64,000 bases of DNA from contig NW_026948187.1 in the NCBI RefSeq assembly GCF_963921235.1, positions 6,820,001 through 6,884,000 on the forward strand. Direction: 5' to 3'. The notes under the pieces are model-generated. The model had not been told where the DNA came from and ran no database searches. It worked only from the letters and a program-made list of their open reading frames with translations. The position numbers were made by a program, and so were the translations under genes. The stretch is from Mobula hypostoma (Eukaryota). This document shows, one piece after another, positions 62,875 through 64,000 of the stretch. Position 1 is the first letter of the stretch. The number at the start of each line of letters is the position of its first letter.

Positions 62875-62897
62875 CTGCTACTGTCCCCTAGTGGTGC
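62875..62897 (-). promoter_or_regulatory. CTCF site about 37 bp past the V23 nonamer
   Basis: CCACTAGGGGACAGTAG. Confidence 0.6.
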
Positions 62898-62972
62898 TAA
62901 TCAGGTTATGAAGCTCCCAGCGATATGGCAGAAGGTTAATGTTACAGCAGATTCGGCTTGTCTAGCTCTGTG

Positions 62973-63264
62973 CGCTGATACCAATGCAGAAGAAGACATC
63001 GAAGTGGGAGGGCGAGGCGCCTTTCACTTCCAGTTTGAACAGTGTGCTGCTCGTTCTCGTGGCCGTGTAGAACTCGGTTGTGTACTTCGTGTCGATGCCT
63101 TGCACAGCGGAGAAGATAAGAGCTTCTATTGCCAGGCCGTGTCTCTGTCTGTACAAAACATATTGCTACCGTCATTACTGAACAGCGTGATGTGACGTTG
63201 ACTGACTCGCCAACTCCAGTTGACAAGGAGGGAGGCACCTGTTCCACGTACACGACCAGAACGC
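62973..63264 (-). pseudogene. TRBV: V23: TRBV B2 pseudogene (duplicate of V10)
   Basis: Same Cys frameshift as V10 plus a 1-nt loss in the Trp codon. RSS 62934-62972: CACAGAG-23-ACATTAACC. Confidence 0.87.
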
Positions 63265-64000
63265 CTGCAAGGTGGAAAATCTATTAGGCTATTACTTTCT
63301 CTCAATAATAAACCAGGTATTCTGCAAAGTCAGAGAGAAGGAACACGTCCCCCTAAAAATTACCTTCCATCCTTGGGAAAACCCAACGAGATTTCATCCA
63401 TTACACTCATGAACAGCCCGGAAAAAACGCTATAGCAGCGAAATGCACCGTGGGCCAAGTTAGACAAACTTAGAGCAGAATAAAAAAAATACACCGGGAT
63501 ATCTGACAACTTACTCGAATTTGATCAGCGCTTAGGATCCGTTCGTCAACCCCCTTTACGGTACCTCCGATAAACATACAAATGCACTCCTCCAAGTTTA
63601 ATCCCGTCCTCCAGAGAAAGTGTATCATTTCAAAGACAAAACAGAAAGCGGAGAGGGACGGCTGTCCACATTGATGGTCTGATCTTGCAGTTGAGGGACA
63701 TGAGTAGTAAAGCAGGATCCGAATTTCCCAACCTCGATCAAGCTAAACCACGGCCAATGTCGCGCTACGTAACTCCGCAAAGAACACCAGCCCTCTCCCT
63801 GGTTCTATGATGTTTTGACTTACTGGGGATCAACAGCATTCAATGTGTCCCACATGCCAACATCAACCCCAGGCAGACACCAGCCGCTTTGGCATCAAGT
63901 GTAGCAGAATGCCAGCATTCAGGAAAAGCACATTGCCTTGTCTGTTTGGACTGCGGCTGTGCTACTGTCCGGTTGACGCTGCGTCACTTCCTGCACGTCA

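Larger units (their letters stand above)
53040..64000 (+). repeat. Segmental duplicate of about 16860-27560
   Basis: Same order V6-V7-V8(CR1)-V9-V10 versus V19-V20-V21(CR1)-V22-V23, with near-identical spacers. Confidence 0.9.

Noticed and set aside
2462-63264. Assignment as IgH, IgNAR, NAR-TCR or TCR alpha/delta V segments
   Set aside because: There is no octamer promoter, no D-J-C cluster after each V as in shark Ig, and the framework motifs are TRBV-like. A phylogeny is still needed to exclude these formally.
1-64000. D or J segments, constant exons, RNA genes
   Set aside because: No 12-RSS-flanked D, FGxG J motif, C domain, tRNA or rRNA was recognised by eye; the search was not exhaustive.

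Overview
Vertebrate genomic DNA, probably from a cartilaginous fish (ray-type CR1, Penelope, SINE and Tc1 repeats; this is an inference). The window is a tandem array of T-cell receptor beta variable (TRBV) segments, all on the minus strand. I count 23 V segments or fragments, numbered V1-V23 by position. Fourteen have an open leader, V exon and 23-bp-spacer RSS; one is open but lacks the conserved Trp; eight are pseudogenes or fragments. There is also an orphan RSS and an orphan leader. Sixteen segments (subfamilies A1 and A2) resemble mammalian TRBV30 (TIHQ..CTVEG..LYWYRQ..RP..CAWS); seven belong to family B/B2 (VEQSP..CACS). No D, J or C segments were recognised. The array grew by segmental duplication (about 11 kb at 16.9-27.6 kb recurs at 53-64 kb), deletion and chimera formation, and carries CR1 insertions, one of them inside a V exon. 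The most notable unexplained structure is regulatory. About 18 CTCF-consensus sites all point the same way. Each subfamily also has one of two alternative elements on the signal side of its RSS: a CTCF site about 40 bp past the nonamer (B, B2, A2), or a promoter-like GC-box/CCAAT/PBX-decamer/ETS cassette (A1). Coordinates were indexed by hand and motif functions are untested inferences.
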